From Candidatus Woesearchaeota archaeon (GTDB lineage Archaea > Nanobdellota > Nanobdellia > SCGC-AAA011-G17 > JACPIM01), in the NCBI GenBank assembly GCA_016188045.1, contig JACPIM010000003.1:181-64180 (forward strand): a stretch of DNA of 64,000 nt, written 5' to 3'. The translations under genes were made by a program, and so were the position numbers. Position 1 is the first letter of the stretch. The number at the start of each line of letters is the position of its first letter. Below the pieces are notes generated by a model that worked only from the letters and a program-made list of their open reading frames with translations, was not told where the DNA came from and made no database searches. Positions 49,116-59,800 of this stretch are shown here, piece by piece.

Positions 49116-49337
49116 TTATTTAGCGTGATATGGCGGTTTATCTTCTGTTCTTTTTTCTTTTTTTGCTTCAGTTAGAGATGTTATGTAGATTACTCTTCTC
49201 TGCCCCAAATCATATACTTGTCTAAGTGAAGATAATGTTTCTTCGGTTGTCGGAATTGCTGTTATTTTGAATTCCATCTTCCTTAATACATCTTCTATTC
49301 TTTCTGGTGGTTGATTTTCTTTTTCGCTTGTTGCCAT
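49116..49337 (-). CDS. Hypothetical protein
   Basis: 73-aa ORF filling the gap between genes. Confidence 0.45.
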   Translation of the reverse strand: MATSEKENQPPERIEDVLRKMEFKITAIPTTEETLSSLRQVYDLGQRRVIYITSLTEAKKEKRTEDKPPYHAK

Positions 49338-49404
49338 TTTTCAATAACACTGTTTGCTGTTTTACTTTGAATAGGTTTAAATACATTATCCTTTTCATTA
49401 AAAT

Positions 49405-50076
49405 ATGGAATTAGTACAAATCGGGGCTGAAGCGGTTTTAACTAAAGAAGATAATAAATTAATAAAATATCGGGTTTCTAAAGGATATAGATTAAAAGAA
49501 ATTGATGAAAAATTAAGAAAATTTAGGACCAGAAGAGAGAGTAAAATACTTGAAAAATTAAGTTTTGTTCCTAAGGTTTTTAGTTCTGATGATAAAGATA
49601 TGAAGATAATTATGGAATTTATTAATGGTAATTTAGTTAAGAATGTTTTAGATGAGTTAACTGAAAAAGAAAGAAGAGAAATTTGTGAAAAAATTGGTGA
49701 ACAAATTGGAGAAATGCATGATTTAGGAATTATACATGGTGATTTGACTACTAGCAATATGATTATAAGGCAACCTTCTTTAGAACAACCATTTAAAAAA
49801 GCGTTCGCGAAAAAAGTTGGTGGAGAAACAGATATTAAAGAAAAAGAAATTGTTTTTATTGATTTTGGTTTGGGATTTTTTTCTAAAAAAATTGAGGACA
49901 AGGCTACTGACTTAAGATTACTTAGGCAGGCTCTGGAGAGCAAGCATTATACTGTCTTTGAAAAAAGTTATAAGGCTGTTTTAAATGGATATAAAAAAAG
50001 TGAAAATAGCAAAGAAGTTTTAAAATGGCTTGAAGAAAAAGTTGAAAAAAGAGGAAGATATAAAAGGAAGGTTTAA
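49405..50076 (+). CDS. bud32: KEOPS kinase Bud32
   Basis: GAEA, RTRRESKIL, IHGDLTTSNM, FIDFGLG; extra segment of about 20 aa after NMII. Confidence 0.92.
   Translation: MELVQIGAEAVLTKEDNKLIKYRVSKGYRLKEIDEKLRKFRTRRESKILEKLSFVPKVFSSDDKDMKIIMEFINGNLVKNVLDELTEKERREICEKIGEQIGEMHDLGIIHGDLTTSNMIIRQPSLEQPFKKAFAKKVGGETDIKEKEIVFIDFGLGFFSKKIEDKATDLRLLRQALESKHYTVFEKSYKAVLNGYKKSENSKEVLKWLEEKVEKRGRYKRKV
49787..49815 (+). repeat. Dispersed repeat family A (other copies 51182-51214, 51261-51288, 53196-53223, 54914-54943)
   Basis: Approximate consensus AACCCTTT-n-AAAAAAG-CG-NNNN-CG-GAAAA. Confidence 0.7.
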
Positions 50077-50105
50077 AAATATTGTATTCTGTTCTATTTC
50101 TATAC

Positions 50106-50229
50106 AGCCCCGTGGTCCAGTGGCCAACGACACAGGCCTTTGGTTTACTAGTTAAGAAGTAAGCCTGTAACCCAGGTTCAAATATAAAGGCATCTTATTG
50201 GTACTTTACGGAAAGTCCTGGCGGGGCTA
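50106..50229 (+). tRNA. tRNA-Gln(TTG) with two introns
   Basis: AGCCCCG/CGGGGCT acceptor; 18-nt 37/38 intron 50144-50161; 33-nt T-loop intron about 50183-50215. Confidence 0.88.
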
Positions 50230-50292
50230 TGATTTTATTACTGACAGTAATAACAATAACTTTTTATACTGTTTTATGTTGATTTTTATCCC

Positions 50293-50823
50293 ATGTCAGA
50301 ATTAAGTTTGCCTGAAAGGTTGTATCAAGAAGATCCTAAAAAGTATCAAAGAATTTCTCGTGAATTATATAGTGAAATTCATAGACTAATGCCTCTAGTT
50401 TGTGTTGATGGATATGTTATGACTAAAAATGGTGTTTTATTAGTTAAAAGGAAAGAAGAACCTGCTAAAGATTTGTGGTGGCCTTTAGGTGGAAGAAGGC
50501 CAAGAGGTTCAAAGAGCGATGATGCTATAAAAGTGATCGCAAGAAGAGAGACTGGTTTAGATGTTGAGATAGTAGCAAAATTAGGTGTTGAAGACACTTT
50601 GTTCGATACTGAACCCGAATGGTTAAATCATGGTGAAGGCACTGATACGACTAACACGGTTTATGCTCTAAGGTTAGTTAATCCTACTTTAGAATTAGAT
50701 TTTGATAGAACTATTTCAGGAGCTAGGATTATTACGGTAGAAGAGTATTTCCAAAAAGAAAAAGGAACTTTTCATTCGTATGTTGATGAATACTTGCCAA
50801 AAGTGTTTGGGCTTCCATTATAA
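50293..50823 (+). CDS. NUDIX hydrolase
   Basis: LLVKRKEEP...WWPLGGR...ARRETGL. Confidence 0.85.
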   Translation: MSELSLPERLYQEDPKKYQRISRELYSEIHRLMPLVCVDGYVMTKNGVLLVKRKEEPAKDLWWPLGGRRPRGSKSDDAIKVIARRETGLDVEIVAKLGVEDTLFDTEPEWLNHGEGTDTTNTVYALRLVNPTLELDFDRTISGARIITVEEYFQKEKGTFHSYVDEYLPKVFGLPL

Positions 50824-50873
50824 TAATTTTTATATAGTTCTAAGTTTTAGTTTTTAAGGGGGTGTTCTGTAAA

Positions 50874-51128
50874 ATGGAACAAGAAAAGGAAATCGGGGAG
50901 GTTTTTTCGTATTATAATAATATAGGGGTAATAGCTGTAAAATTAAAAGATAAACTAAAGGCAGGTGATAAAATCAGAATAAAGGGAAGTACTACTGATT
51001 TTGAACAGATAGTTGAGAGTATGCAAGTAGAACATGAGGTAGTAAAGGAAGCTAAAAAAGGAACACAAGTCGGAATAAAAGTAATGGATAAAGCAAGAAA
51101 AAACGATAAAATTTACAAGGTGGCCTAG
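50874..51128 (+). CDS. Small EF-Tu domain II-like beta-barrel protein
   Basis: IGEVFSYY...LKAGDKIRIKGSTTDFEQIVESMQVEH...VGIKV. Confidence 0.7.
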   Translation: MEQEKEIGEVFSYYNNIGVIAVKLKDKLKAGDKIRIKGSTTDFEQIVESMQVEHEVVKEAKKGTQVGIKVMDKARKNDKIYKVA

Positions 51129-51317
51129 AAAAAGGTTTATAAAGGGAAAATTAAGGATAAACGAATAGGATAAGTTGGTACAACCCTTTTTGGAAAAAAA
51201 GCGTTGGCGGAAAATTCGGAAAACAAAACTTACTTATACCAGATAGCTTTCTTAAGAAGAGCCCTTTGAAAAAAGCGCTTGCGGAAAAAAAGAAAATTAT
51301 TCTGGTTAATTTCAAAA

Positions 51318-51773
51318 ATGGCAAAAATGCATAGTAGGAAGAAAGGAAAATCAGGTAGCAATAAGCCTAGTGCGAAGATTAAGAGATCATGGAATATTCA
51401 CTCTGCAAAAGAAGTAGAGCAATTAGTTATTAAACTAGCAAAAGCAGGAAATAATTCTTCAGGTATCGGCTTAACTTTAAGGGATAGCTATGGTATTCCA
51501 GATGTTAAACTTGTTACAAATAAAAAGATAACTCAGATATTAGAGGAAAACAAATTAAATAAAAAACTACCAGATGATTTAATTGCTTTGATTAAAAAAG
51601 ACATAAAATTAATGAAACATATTGAAAATAATAAAAAAGACATGACTGTTAAAAGGGGATTAATACTGACTGAAAGCAAAATTAACAGATTGGCAAAATA
51701 TTACAAAAGAAGTAATAAACTGCCGGTTGACTGGACTTATGATAGAAGTAAAGCTAAGTTATTGATAGAGTAA
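51318..51773 (+). CDS. rps15: Ribosomal protein S15 (uS15)
   Basis: MAKMHSRKKGKSGS, LRDSYGIP, ESKINRLAKYYK. Confidence 0.96.
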   Translation: MAKMHSRKKGKSGSNKPSAKIKRSWNIHSAKEVEQLVIKLAKAGNNSSGIGLTLRDSYGIPDVKLVTNKKITQILEENKLNKKLPDDLIALIKKDIKLMKHIENNKKDMTVKRGLILTESKINRLAKYYKRSNKLPVDWTYDRSKAKLLIE

Positions 51774-51774
51774 A

Positions 51775-53184
51775 ATGGAGTTTTTTCTTAATAAAATAAA
51801 AGAGGGGGTTAATAAATTAAAAAAACTAAGTGGTGTTGTAAAAATCATAACTCATATTGATGCTGATGGATTGAGCTCTGGTGCCATAATAATAAAAGCC
51901 TTGCAAAGAGAAGGAATAAATTTTTCTTTTTCTTCAGTTAGATTAATAGATGAGAACGTTATTGATGAGATGAGCAGGGAGAATTGTGATATTTTTTTAT
52001 TTTTGGATCTTGGAAGCGGTAGCTTAAGTAAGATTGATGAAAAATTAGGAGACAGAGAAGTTTTCATATTGGATCATCATAAACTTGAAGATTATGATTC
52101 TAAGAAAATATTCTTGATTAATCCACATAAGTTTAACTTAGATGGCGGTGTTGAAATATCAAGTTCGGGTATATGTTATTTTTTTGCTAAGTATCTAAAT
52201 TCAAAAAACCAGGATTTAGCGCACATTGCCTTACTTGGCGCTATAGGTGATATGCAGGAAAATAATGGCTTTAAGTCTGAACTTAATGATTATATTTTAC
52301 AGGATGCAATAAATGAAGGCAAGATAGAAGTTAAGGTTGGATTGAGAATGTTTGGGATGCAGACCAGACCGATAAATAAAGTACTTGAATACAGCATTGA
52401 TCCTTATATACCGGGTGTTACGGGAAATGAAGGTTTGGCTAATAGATTTATTGAAGAACTAGAAATAAATGCCACAATTGATGGAAGATATAAAAAATTA
52501 GTTCAACTTGATAAAGAAGATATGAAAAAATTAGTGGCTGGAATAATATTAAAAAGAATTGGTGTTGAGGAAAATCCTGATGATATTCTTGGTTCTATTT
52601 ATTTATTGACTGAAGAGGAAGACGAAAGTCCTATGAAAGATGCAAAAGAATTCAGTACATTATTAAATTCTTGCGGAAGAATGAACAAAGCCAGTTTAGG
52701 TATTGGTTGCTGCTTGGGTGATAAAAAAAGCAAGAATGAAGCACTTATGTTGCTGAATAATTATAAGAGGGAGATAATTAATGCACTGAACTGGTATAAC
52801 TTAAATAAAGATAAGTTTATTGAGGAAAACGGATATGTAATAATAGATGCTAGCAATAATATCAGGGATACTTTAATAGGGACTTTAGGCAGCATATTAT
52901 GCAGGAGCAATTTATACGGAGACGGAACTATTGTGATTACAATGGCGTATACTATAGACGGAAGCATAAAGATAAGCCTTAGATTAGTTGGAAAGAAAGA
53001 AATTGATTTAAGAGAGGTTATTAATAATATTATTAATAAAGTTGGCGGTGTTTGCGGGGGTCATAGGCAAGCTGCCGGAGCGTTAATAGACCAAGAGAAA
53101 GAGGAAGAATTCATTAAAATAACTAAACTTGAATTGAATAAGCTGGTGCTGGAAGAAAATGCAAACGGAAAGCTTTTAAAATGA
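51775..53184 (+). CDS. RecJ-like DHH/DHHA1 phosphoesterase
   Basis: HIDADG, FLDLG, LDHH, GGHRQAAG; canonical rps15-recJ-rps3ae order. Confidence 0.9.
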   Translation: MEFFLNKIKEGVNKLKKLSGVVKIITHIDADGLSSGAIIIKALQREGINFSFSSVRLIDENVIDEMSRENCDIFLFLDLGSGSLSKIDEKLGDREVFILDHHKLEDYDSKKIFLINPHKFNLDGGVEISSSGICYFFAKYLNSKNQDLAHIALLGAIGDMQENNGFKSELNDYILQDAINEGKIEVKVGLRMFGMQTRPINKVLEYSIDPYIPGVTGNEGLANRFIEELEINATIDGRYKKLVQLDKEDMKKLVAGIILKRIGVEENPDDILGSIYLLTEEEDESPMKDAKEFSTLLNSCGRMNKASLGIGCCLGDKKSKNEALMLLNNYKREIINALNWYNLNKDKFIEENGYVIIDASNNIRDTLIGTLGSILCRSNLYGDGTIVITMAYTIDGSIKISLRLVGKKEIDLREVINNIINKVGGVCGGHRQAAGALIDQEKEEEFIKITKLELNKLVLEENANGKLLK

Positions 53185-53263
53185 GCTTTTCTTTGAACCC
53201 TTTAAAAAGGCGTTCACGGAAAATAAATAAAACTTCGGAAAAGAAAATATGTGGTAACTAAAA

Positions 53264-53827
53264 ATGGCTGAAGAAGAAACAAAGAAAAAGAGAAAAGTCT
53301 GGGTTAGAATAGTTGGACCAAAAGAATTTAAAAATACTGAGCTTGGTGAAAGCTATGTTAATGATGCTAACTTTTTGATGGGCAAAAAACTAAAAATTGA
53401 TCTATCTCACTTAACAGGAGATTTTAGGAGACAGAGCGTTTCACTTGGTTTTTTAATCACAGAAGTTAGCGGGAATCAAGCCAAAGCTGAAGCAATTTTG
53501 TATGTTGTTTCAAATGCGCACATTAGGAGAATGATTCGGGCTGGGAAAGAGAAGTTTGAGTATTCATTTGTTTCTGCTATAAAAGATAATAAAAAAGTGA
53601 GGGTTAAGGTTTTAGTTTTAACTAAAACGAAAACTAAAAACTCTGTTTTAACTTCTATTAGGAAAGGAACAAATAATTATTTTGATGAATTAGGCAAAAT
53701 ATCTAATTTTTATGATATATTGAACAGGGCTATTGGTGGCGAGCTTGTTAGGAATTTGAAAGGACAGTTAAAAAAGATTTACCCTTTGAGTGTTTTTGAA
53801 ATTAAAAGCATTGAATTAATGAAATAG
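53264..53827 (+). CDS. rps3ae: Ribosomal protein S3Ae (eS1)
   Basis: KVWVRIVGPKEF, LSHLTGD, KKIYPL...EIK. Confidence 0.9.
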   Translation: MAEEETKKKRKVWVRIVGPKEFKNTELGESYVNDANFLMGKKLKIDLSHLTGDFRRQSVSLGFLITEVSGNQAKAEAILYVVSNAHIRRMIRAGKEKFEYSFVSAIKDNKKVRVKVLVLTKTKTKNSVLTSIRKGTNNYFDELGKISNFYDILNRAIGGELVRNLKGQLKKIYPLSVFEIKSIELMK

Positions 53828-53866
53828 TTAAATTTTTAAAGAATTCTTTTGTAATTCTTATTATAA

Positions 53867-53956
53867 GCCGCCGTAGCTCAATGGCAGAGCATATCTTTAT
53901 AAGAGCTTAGCTGCCTTGTAAGCAGAAGGTTATCGGTTCGAGTCCGATCGGTGGCT
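53867..53956 (+). tRNA. tRNA-Thr(TGT) with a non-canonical intron (about position 27/28)
   Basis: GCCGCCG/CGGTGGC; 18-nt intron 53893-53910 with BHB helix GAGC/GCTT; spliced arm TCTGC-CTTGTAA-GCAGA. Confidence 0.88.
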
Positions 53957-53957
53957 T

Positions 53958-54575
53958 TTATTTCTCCAATACAAAAACCAGATTTTTTCCAAATGGTTTT
54001 GCTTCTATAATTTTGAATTTAGTTTTTTTAATCAATCTTTTTAATTCAAAATAAGTGAATAAATGGTAGTATCTTTTGTATCTTTTATTATTTATCTTCC
54101 ATGAAACATAAGTATCTTTAGGTTTAAATAAAAACTTTAACTGTAATTTATTCCATACTGTTAATAAAACTAGGCCGTTTTGTTTTAAAACGCGATATGT
54201 TTCTTGCAATGATTTGAGTTGTTCTTCTTTTAGATTTAAATGATGTAAAGAAGCTATATGTAAACAATAATCAAATGAATTATTTGGATAAGGTATTTTT
54301 GTAATGTTTGCTAATTCTAAACTAATTTTTACTTTATTCTTATCAGCTAAGGTTTTTGCGTTTTTTAACATATTTTCTGAGAAATCTATGCCATAGCATT
54401 CAAAATTTAATTTTGCAAAGTGGATCAAGTTTCTTCCATTTCCGCAACCAATATCAAGGAGTTTTCCTTTGTTTTTGTAATACTTATTTAGAAACCAAAT
54501 TACTTCTTCTGTTGGCTTTTGCCTAAAATTGTGCCATTGAAATGCTAGTTTATCCCAGATTTGTTTTTGATTCAT
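53958..54575 (-). CDS. Class I SAM-dependent methyltransferase
   Basis: LLDIGCGNG, GIDFS, IASLHH; start moved to MNQKQIW to avoid overlap with the tRNA. Confidence 0.85.
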   Translation of the reverse strand: MNQKQIWDKLAFQWHNFRQKPTEEVIWFLNKYYKNKGKLLDIGCGNGRNLIHFAKLNFECYGIDFSENMLKNAKTLADKNKVKISLELANITKIPYPNNSFDYCLHIASLHHLNLKEEQLKSLQETYRVLKQNGLVLLTVWNKLQLKFLFKPKDTYVSWKINNKRYKRYYHLFTYFELKRLIKKTKFKIIEAKPFGKNLVFVLEK

Positions 54576-54583
54576 GTTTTTAA

Positions 54584-54672
54584 TGGGCCCAGCAGGAATT
54601 GCACCTGCGAATTCCACCAGTTTGAATATACTTTCGTCAAGGTGGCGTCATAGCTACTAGACCATGGGCCCC
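54584..54672 (-). tRNA. tRNA-Val(GAC) with 37/38 intron; atypical acceptor stem and T loop
   Basis: CCACC/GGTGG anticodon stem; 15-nt intron 54621-54635 (helix TTGA/TCAA); T loop TGCAATT; one extra G in the 3' acceptor strand. Confidence 0.75.
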
Positions 54673-54786
54673 TAAACTAAGAATTTTAGTTTACATTTTT
54701 TAATCCTTTTCTTAGTAATTAACTTACTTAGTAACTTAATAAGTAAAGTTTATATAGTATCAAATTTATTAAAAATTAAAAAAAGG

Positions 54787-54912
54787 ATGAAAAAATACTT
54801 GCTTCTTGTAGAGGATGAGAAACTCTGGAGTAGATTTAAATCTACTATTAAAAAAGATATTAATACTGAGATTATGGAGTTAATCAAGAAAAAAATAGAG
54901 GGAAAGCCATGA
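54787..54912 (+). CDS. 41-aa putative DNA-binding peptide (not in ORF track)
   Basis: MKKYLLLVEDEKLWSRFKSTIKKDINTEIMELIKKKIEGKP*; ATGA overlap with the next gene. Confidence 0.5.
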   Translation: MKKYLLLVEDEKLWSRFKSTIKKDINTEIMELIKKKIEGKP

Positions 54913-56858
54913 TAACCCTTTTAAAAAAAGCGTTAACGGAAAAACTATTTGGAAAAAGAGGGCAAGTAACTGTTTTTATATTATTAGGAATTTTAATAGT
55001 TGTAATAGCTGGTGGAATATACTATACTGTGTCAAGACAAAATCAGACTCTAGAACCGAAAGAAACAGAAGTTCCAAGCCAAGCTCAAACTGTTAATTTA
55101 TATATAAAACAGTGTGTAAATACAGTTTTAGAAAGCGGAGTTAATATAATTGGAAGACAAGGAGGTTATATTGAAATTCCTCAAGATCCAGTTGGCGTTG
55201 GAGAATTTAAGAACTATTTGCCTCTATCCATAAATAACAAAGTTGTTTATTGGTATTACAAAGCGGATAATAATGTTGATTTTATACAGAAACCAAGCAT
55301 AGAGAGTATGGAGCAAGAAGTTACTAATTATATTGATAATAATTTAATGAACTGCTTAGGGGGATTTAACGAATATCAAGGATTTAATGTTAGGAAAGGG
55401 AAAATAAGTGTCTTAGTTGATATACAGAAATCTAAAGTTGTTACAAGAGTTGATTTTCCGGTAAGAATTGAAAAAGGAGATTTTAGCTTTGATTTTGATA
55501 CTTTTTACGGGGAATATAATGCTCCTTTAGGCGAATTATTTGAAATTGCTGAGAAAGTTTACGATAAAGAGCAAGGAGATTATTTTTTAGAGAAAAAAAC
55601 ATTAGATATGATGAGTGTTTACGATGAAATACCCTATGTTGGTGAAGTTGACAGTTGTGTTGCTCCTGTATGGGTCAAATATACAGTGATTAAAGATTTC
55701 AAGAGAATAATAAGGGATAATACTTTATTTTATAAAATAAAAGGAACTGATTATGTCTTAAGCAGAGATAAAAATTCTTATTATGAAATTGATGCTGGTG
55801 TTGGAAATGCGAAAGATGTTCATGGTGGTTTCTTGTTTTCTGAAACATGGCCATTTACATTAGAAGTATTTCCAGAAGAAAATGGATTATTGAAAGGACA
55901 TAGCGTAACTGAAAATTTAGGAGAGGCGAGGGGATTAGCAGAGGCCTTTGTTTGTATGAGCACTTATGAGTTTATTTACAATGTGCAATATCCTGTTTTG
56001 ATAATATTAAATAAAAACGATTATACTTTCCAGTTCAGCAATATGGTTGTTATAGACAAGAATACCCCCAGAGTAAATAAAGATGAATTTTTCACAGTTG
56101 ATAAGGAATATGACCAAAGATTCTGCCAAAAACAAATTGATTTTAATGTAGATGTTGTTGATGAAAAATTCAATGTTATTGATAAGGCAGATGTTAAATA
56201 TAAATGTATAACGCACTCGTGCAAATTAGGACAAAGTGATAATGGTTTGTGGAAAGGACAAGTTCCTTTATGCATTAATGGGGAATTTGTTGGTGAAAAA
56301 GAAGGATATCATTTTGGTAGGGCACAGATTAGCACCAATGAGCCTGGAAGTGCTTTATTGGTATTAGAGAAATTGAAGAAAATCAAAGTTGATGTTATAG
56401 CAATAAGAGCTGGAAGCGGTGAAGTGAGAGAAGGTGAAAAAGTATTTATTGATTTAGAAGAAAAGAATAAGAAGTTTAGCAGATTTATAATTTATCCAGA
56501 GCAAAATGAAATTGAATTAATACCTGGAGTTTATACTGCTAAAATATTTATGACTAGTCCTGTTACTGGTGGATTAACTGTGCCTGAAAAAACAATTAAT
56601 AACTGTGCTACTGTTCCTAGGGGAGCGTTTGGGGCTTTATTTGGGATAAATGAAGAAAAATGCGAGGATGTAACAATACCAAGTACTACTGTAGATCAAA
56701 TGATGACTGGAACAAAAGACTTTACTTTTTTAGTAACTGAGAATGATCTTAAGAAAAACAAATTAATATTTTACGCTCCGTATTATGGTGTTGTGAAAGA
56801 CGTTACTGATATTGGAAAATTAATGGAGCAAGAGGGAAAAAATCCTACTTTCGAATGA
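54909..56858 (+). CDS. Large pilin-signal (class III) protein, paralog 3
   Basis: KRGQVTVFILLG; V...IKQC...G..IIGRQGGY resembles paralogs 1 and 2. Confidence 0.75.
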   Translation: MITLLKKALTEKLFGKRGQVTVFILLGILIVVIAGGIYYTVSRQNQTLEPKETEVPSQAQTVNLYIKQCVNTVLESGVNIIGRQGGYIEIPQDPVGVGEFKNYLPLSINNKVVYWYYKADNNVDFIQKPSIESMEQEVTNYIDNNLMNCLGGFNEYQGFNVRKGKISVLVDIQKSKVVTRVDFPVRIEKGDFSFDFDTFYGEYNAPLGELFEIAEKVYDKEQGDYFLEKKTLDMMSVYDEIPYVGEVDSCVAPVWVKYTVIKDFKRIIRDNTLFYKIKGTDYVLSRDKNSYYEIDAGVGNAKDVHGGFLFSETWPFTLEVFPEENGLLKGHSVTENLGEARGLAEAFVCMSTYEFIYNVQYPVLIILNKNDYTFQFSNMVVIDKNTPRVNKDEFFTVDKEYDQRFCQKQIDFNVDVVDEKFNVIDKADVKYKCITHSCKLGQSDNGLWKGQVPLCINGEFVGEKEGYHFGRAQISTNEPGSALLVLEKLKKIKVDVIAIRAGSGEVREGEKVFIDLEEKNKKFSRFIIYPEQNEIELIPGVYTAKIFMTSPVTGGLTVPEKTINNCATVPRGAFGALFGINEEKCEDVTIPSTTVDQMMTGTKDFTFLVTENDLKKNKLIFYAPYYGVVKDVTDIGKLMEQEGKNPTFE

Positions 56859-59800
56859 ACAAAATTAAATTAATCGGGATATTTTGTATTTTTTTGATAG
56901 TTAGTTTACCTATCGCTTTTGCACAGACTATTAGTTCTGGTAGCAATTTACCAAATATAGACCCTAGAAATTATGCTGGTGGTGTGAATGATCCCAACTA
57001 TGTAAGAGATTATTACTCAAGATATGGTAGTTATCCTCCCGGTTATTCTGCTGCTAGTCAACCAAATATTTATGCTGGTCAAGTTAATCCTTATATTGAT
57101 CAAAATGGGAATGTTCTTCCTCAATATTCTCAAGTATATTATAAAGATGCTAATGGAAATATAATAGATAAATCAACTGGTAGGCCAGTATATCAAGCAC
57201 AAGTCTATCCTTATTCAAGTTACCCTTATTCTGGACAGATTCCTTCTGGACAAGTGCAATTTAATACGGGGCCAAGTTTTATACCAAGTTATATGGATAG
57301 AGGTGGAAATTTATTGCCGGGCTATACAAGAGATTCTAATACAGGAGAGATAAGAGATCAAAATGGAAGAATTATTGCTACAAAAGACGAAGCTGATAGA
57401 ATCGGTGCTTCGCTTAGGGTTGGAGCGGGTGAAATTAACTTTAATTATATAGGGCCAACTAATGGCAGTGGATTAAGTTTAGGTACAAGTACTGGTAATT
57501 TATTATTGAATGTTAATAGATATGAACCAATGGTTTTAACTGCTAATTTAATTGAAGAGCAGAGTGTTCCTGTTTATGCTTTTTTATCTGGAAGCATTGC
57601 TACTGCTCCTGGAATTGCTCCTAAAATAAGTTATATGGATGTTAATGTTATAGGAGGAGATGTACAATATGTTGCTGGAAAGCCAAGATTTAATCCACCA
57701 ATAGCTTATACTTTGGAAGATTTGGGTTATGTTGAAACTTGGTTAAATAGAATTCCAAAAGAAACTCAAGTTCCAAATAAAATTGATTTGACCTTACAAG
57801 CAAGAGTTCAATTTGAAGGCGATAGTACTGTGCCAATATTTGGTGGGGAAGAGAGGAAAATTTTACAAGAAAACAGAAAAAGAGATATTTTCATTAGTGG
57901 CGGTTTTGCAAATCAAGATTTGAGAATTTTTGGAGGAAGAGCTTATTTGAGGGCCAAATATATTAGTGATAATAGGGCTTCTTTTGATGTTTATACTGGA
58001 GATGGAGTTTACATTGGGGAATTAAGTGCCAGTCCTGGACAAGAGACTTATCCAATTTCAATAGTTCCAGGAAGCAATTTTATAGGCGATCAATTAAGAG
58101 TTAGAGTTGAAAGAATATTTGGTGGAAATCAGGATAGTGTTAAATTTAATAATCTTAAAGGAAAAGATTATATTTTTAATAGAGGACAAGAAATTCAAGT
58201 TGAAAAAGAAGTTCCTGGAGAAGATAAAAGAATAAAACCAACTGGTTGGTTGGTGCAGGATATTTTTGTCCCTGGTTCTAGTACTGGACCAAATTTTCTC
58301 AATGCTAATCAACAAAATAGTGGTACTTCTCCTAGTTCTTCAAGTGGGTCTGGACAACCAGTAGCGATAACTGTGGGCGGACTAGTAACCTTAGATAATG
58401 AAAAACAACTTTCTGATGGTTCTGTAATTAAGGATAGTACTAACAATTTTTATAAAAGATATGGTGGGCAGTGGTATATTATTCAAGACGCAAATTCTGA
58501 TGTTATAGATCCAGATGCTAGAAGGATAATTGTCTTTTCTAACATTAACCAACCTACTTTAGTAAAGGTTGGTGGGCAACCAACCATCGGTCCTACTTCA
58601 GATCTAAACATAGATAATACAAGGCGTCCAGTTGTTCCGTCAGGTATGGTTGTACTAGAACCATCAAAACAAGGGAGTTATGGTTTTTTAGCTTTAAGAC
58701 AGGGGGCTTTATTGCCTAGTTATGGGAGTGCTAATTTTATTCCTAGTTTTGGGGGAGTTATACCTAATGTTGGTACTGGATATTCTAGCAGTAGTTATGG
58801 ACAAGGCGATGAGTTATTATTAGTTTATAATAGTCAACTAGGTGCGTCTCTTAACGGTCAGCAGCTTATTGATTGGTATAAAGGAATTATTTTAGACCAA
58901 GGTGTTTTGGATGAGCTAAAAAGTTGCACCTCTTTTAATCGGTTGGGTTCTTTAGGTATCAATGATGTAGCTGCTTGTAGGTTTGTTAGCCAAAAAATTT
59001 TGAGTAATCCTAATTTAGGAAAAAATAATGATGAAATAATAAGAAAAATAACAGAATTAGTTAGTACTATTAAAGTTGATTTTGATATAGGAGATTTACC
59101 TAGTTTTGTATTAGAAAAAGGTGCCGGTATTAAAGCTAGCTTAAGAGTTGGCGGAAGTGTAATACCCTTTGCTGAGGGAGATAAACTTCCTTCAAGTCAG
59201 ACTTGTAATGATGCAAATTCAAAAACGAATGACTATTCTTGTAAAGTTAAAACTATTCAAGATGATAAGGTTGTTATAACTCATTATGAACCAAGTACTT
59301 TAGGCGGTAATTGTGTTAGTGTAGATGAAACTTTATATTTAAATGCGAATACTTTAGGGCAAAGGTTCGATACATATACTAATCCTTTGGGTGGTTCTTT
59401 TAATATACCTCCAACTCCTGGAGTAAATTATCAAACTGGGACTAATAAGTGTGGTGGTTATATTGAACTAATGGAAATTTCTTCTGGTAGAAGTGTTGAA
59501 GTTACTGTTTTAGCTGGTCCTCCGAGAGGCTATGCTGAAGCGGTATTTAATTTACATATTCCAATTGAAAAAAGAGCAATTAACTTGAGTGTTGATAAGC
59601 TAGATGAGCAAATTAATTCTACTAAAAAAATGATTGAAAGTTTGAATAAAGTTATAGATAAGTTAGAGAAATTTGTAAGTGTTTGGATGAAAATTTGTTT
59701 AGCTATAAGTGCCTGGTTTACAATTGAAGCATTTTTAGTTGGGTTGCCTAAATATAATAAAGATACTTCTGCTGGACCACAAGCAGGGTATAGTACTGAG

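Noticed and set aside
54576-54617. N-terminal extension of the methyltransferase ORF
   Set aside because: It overlaps tRNA-Val.
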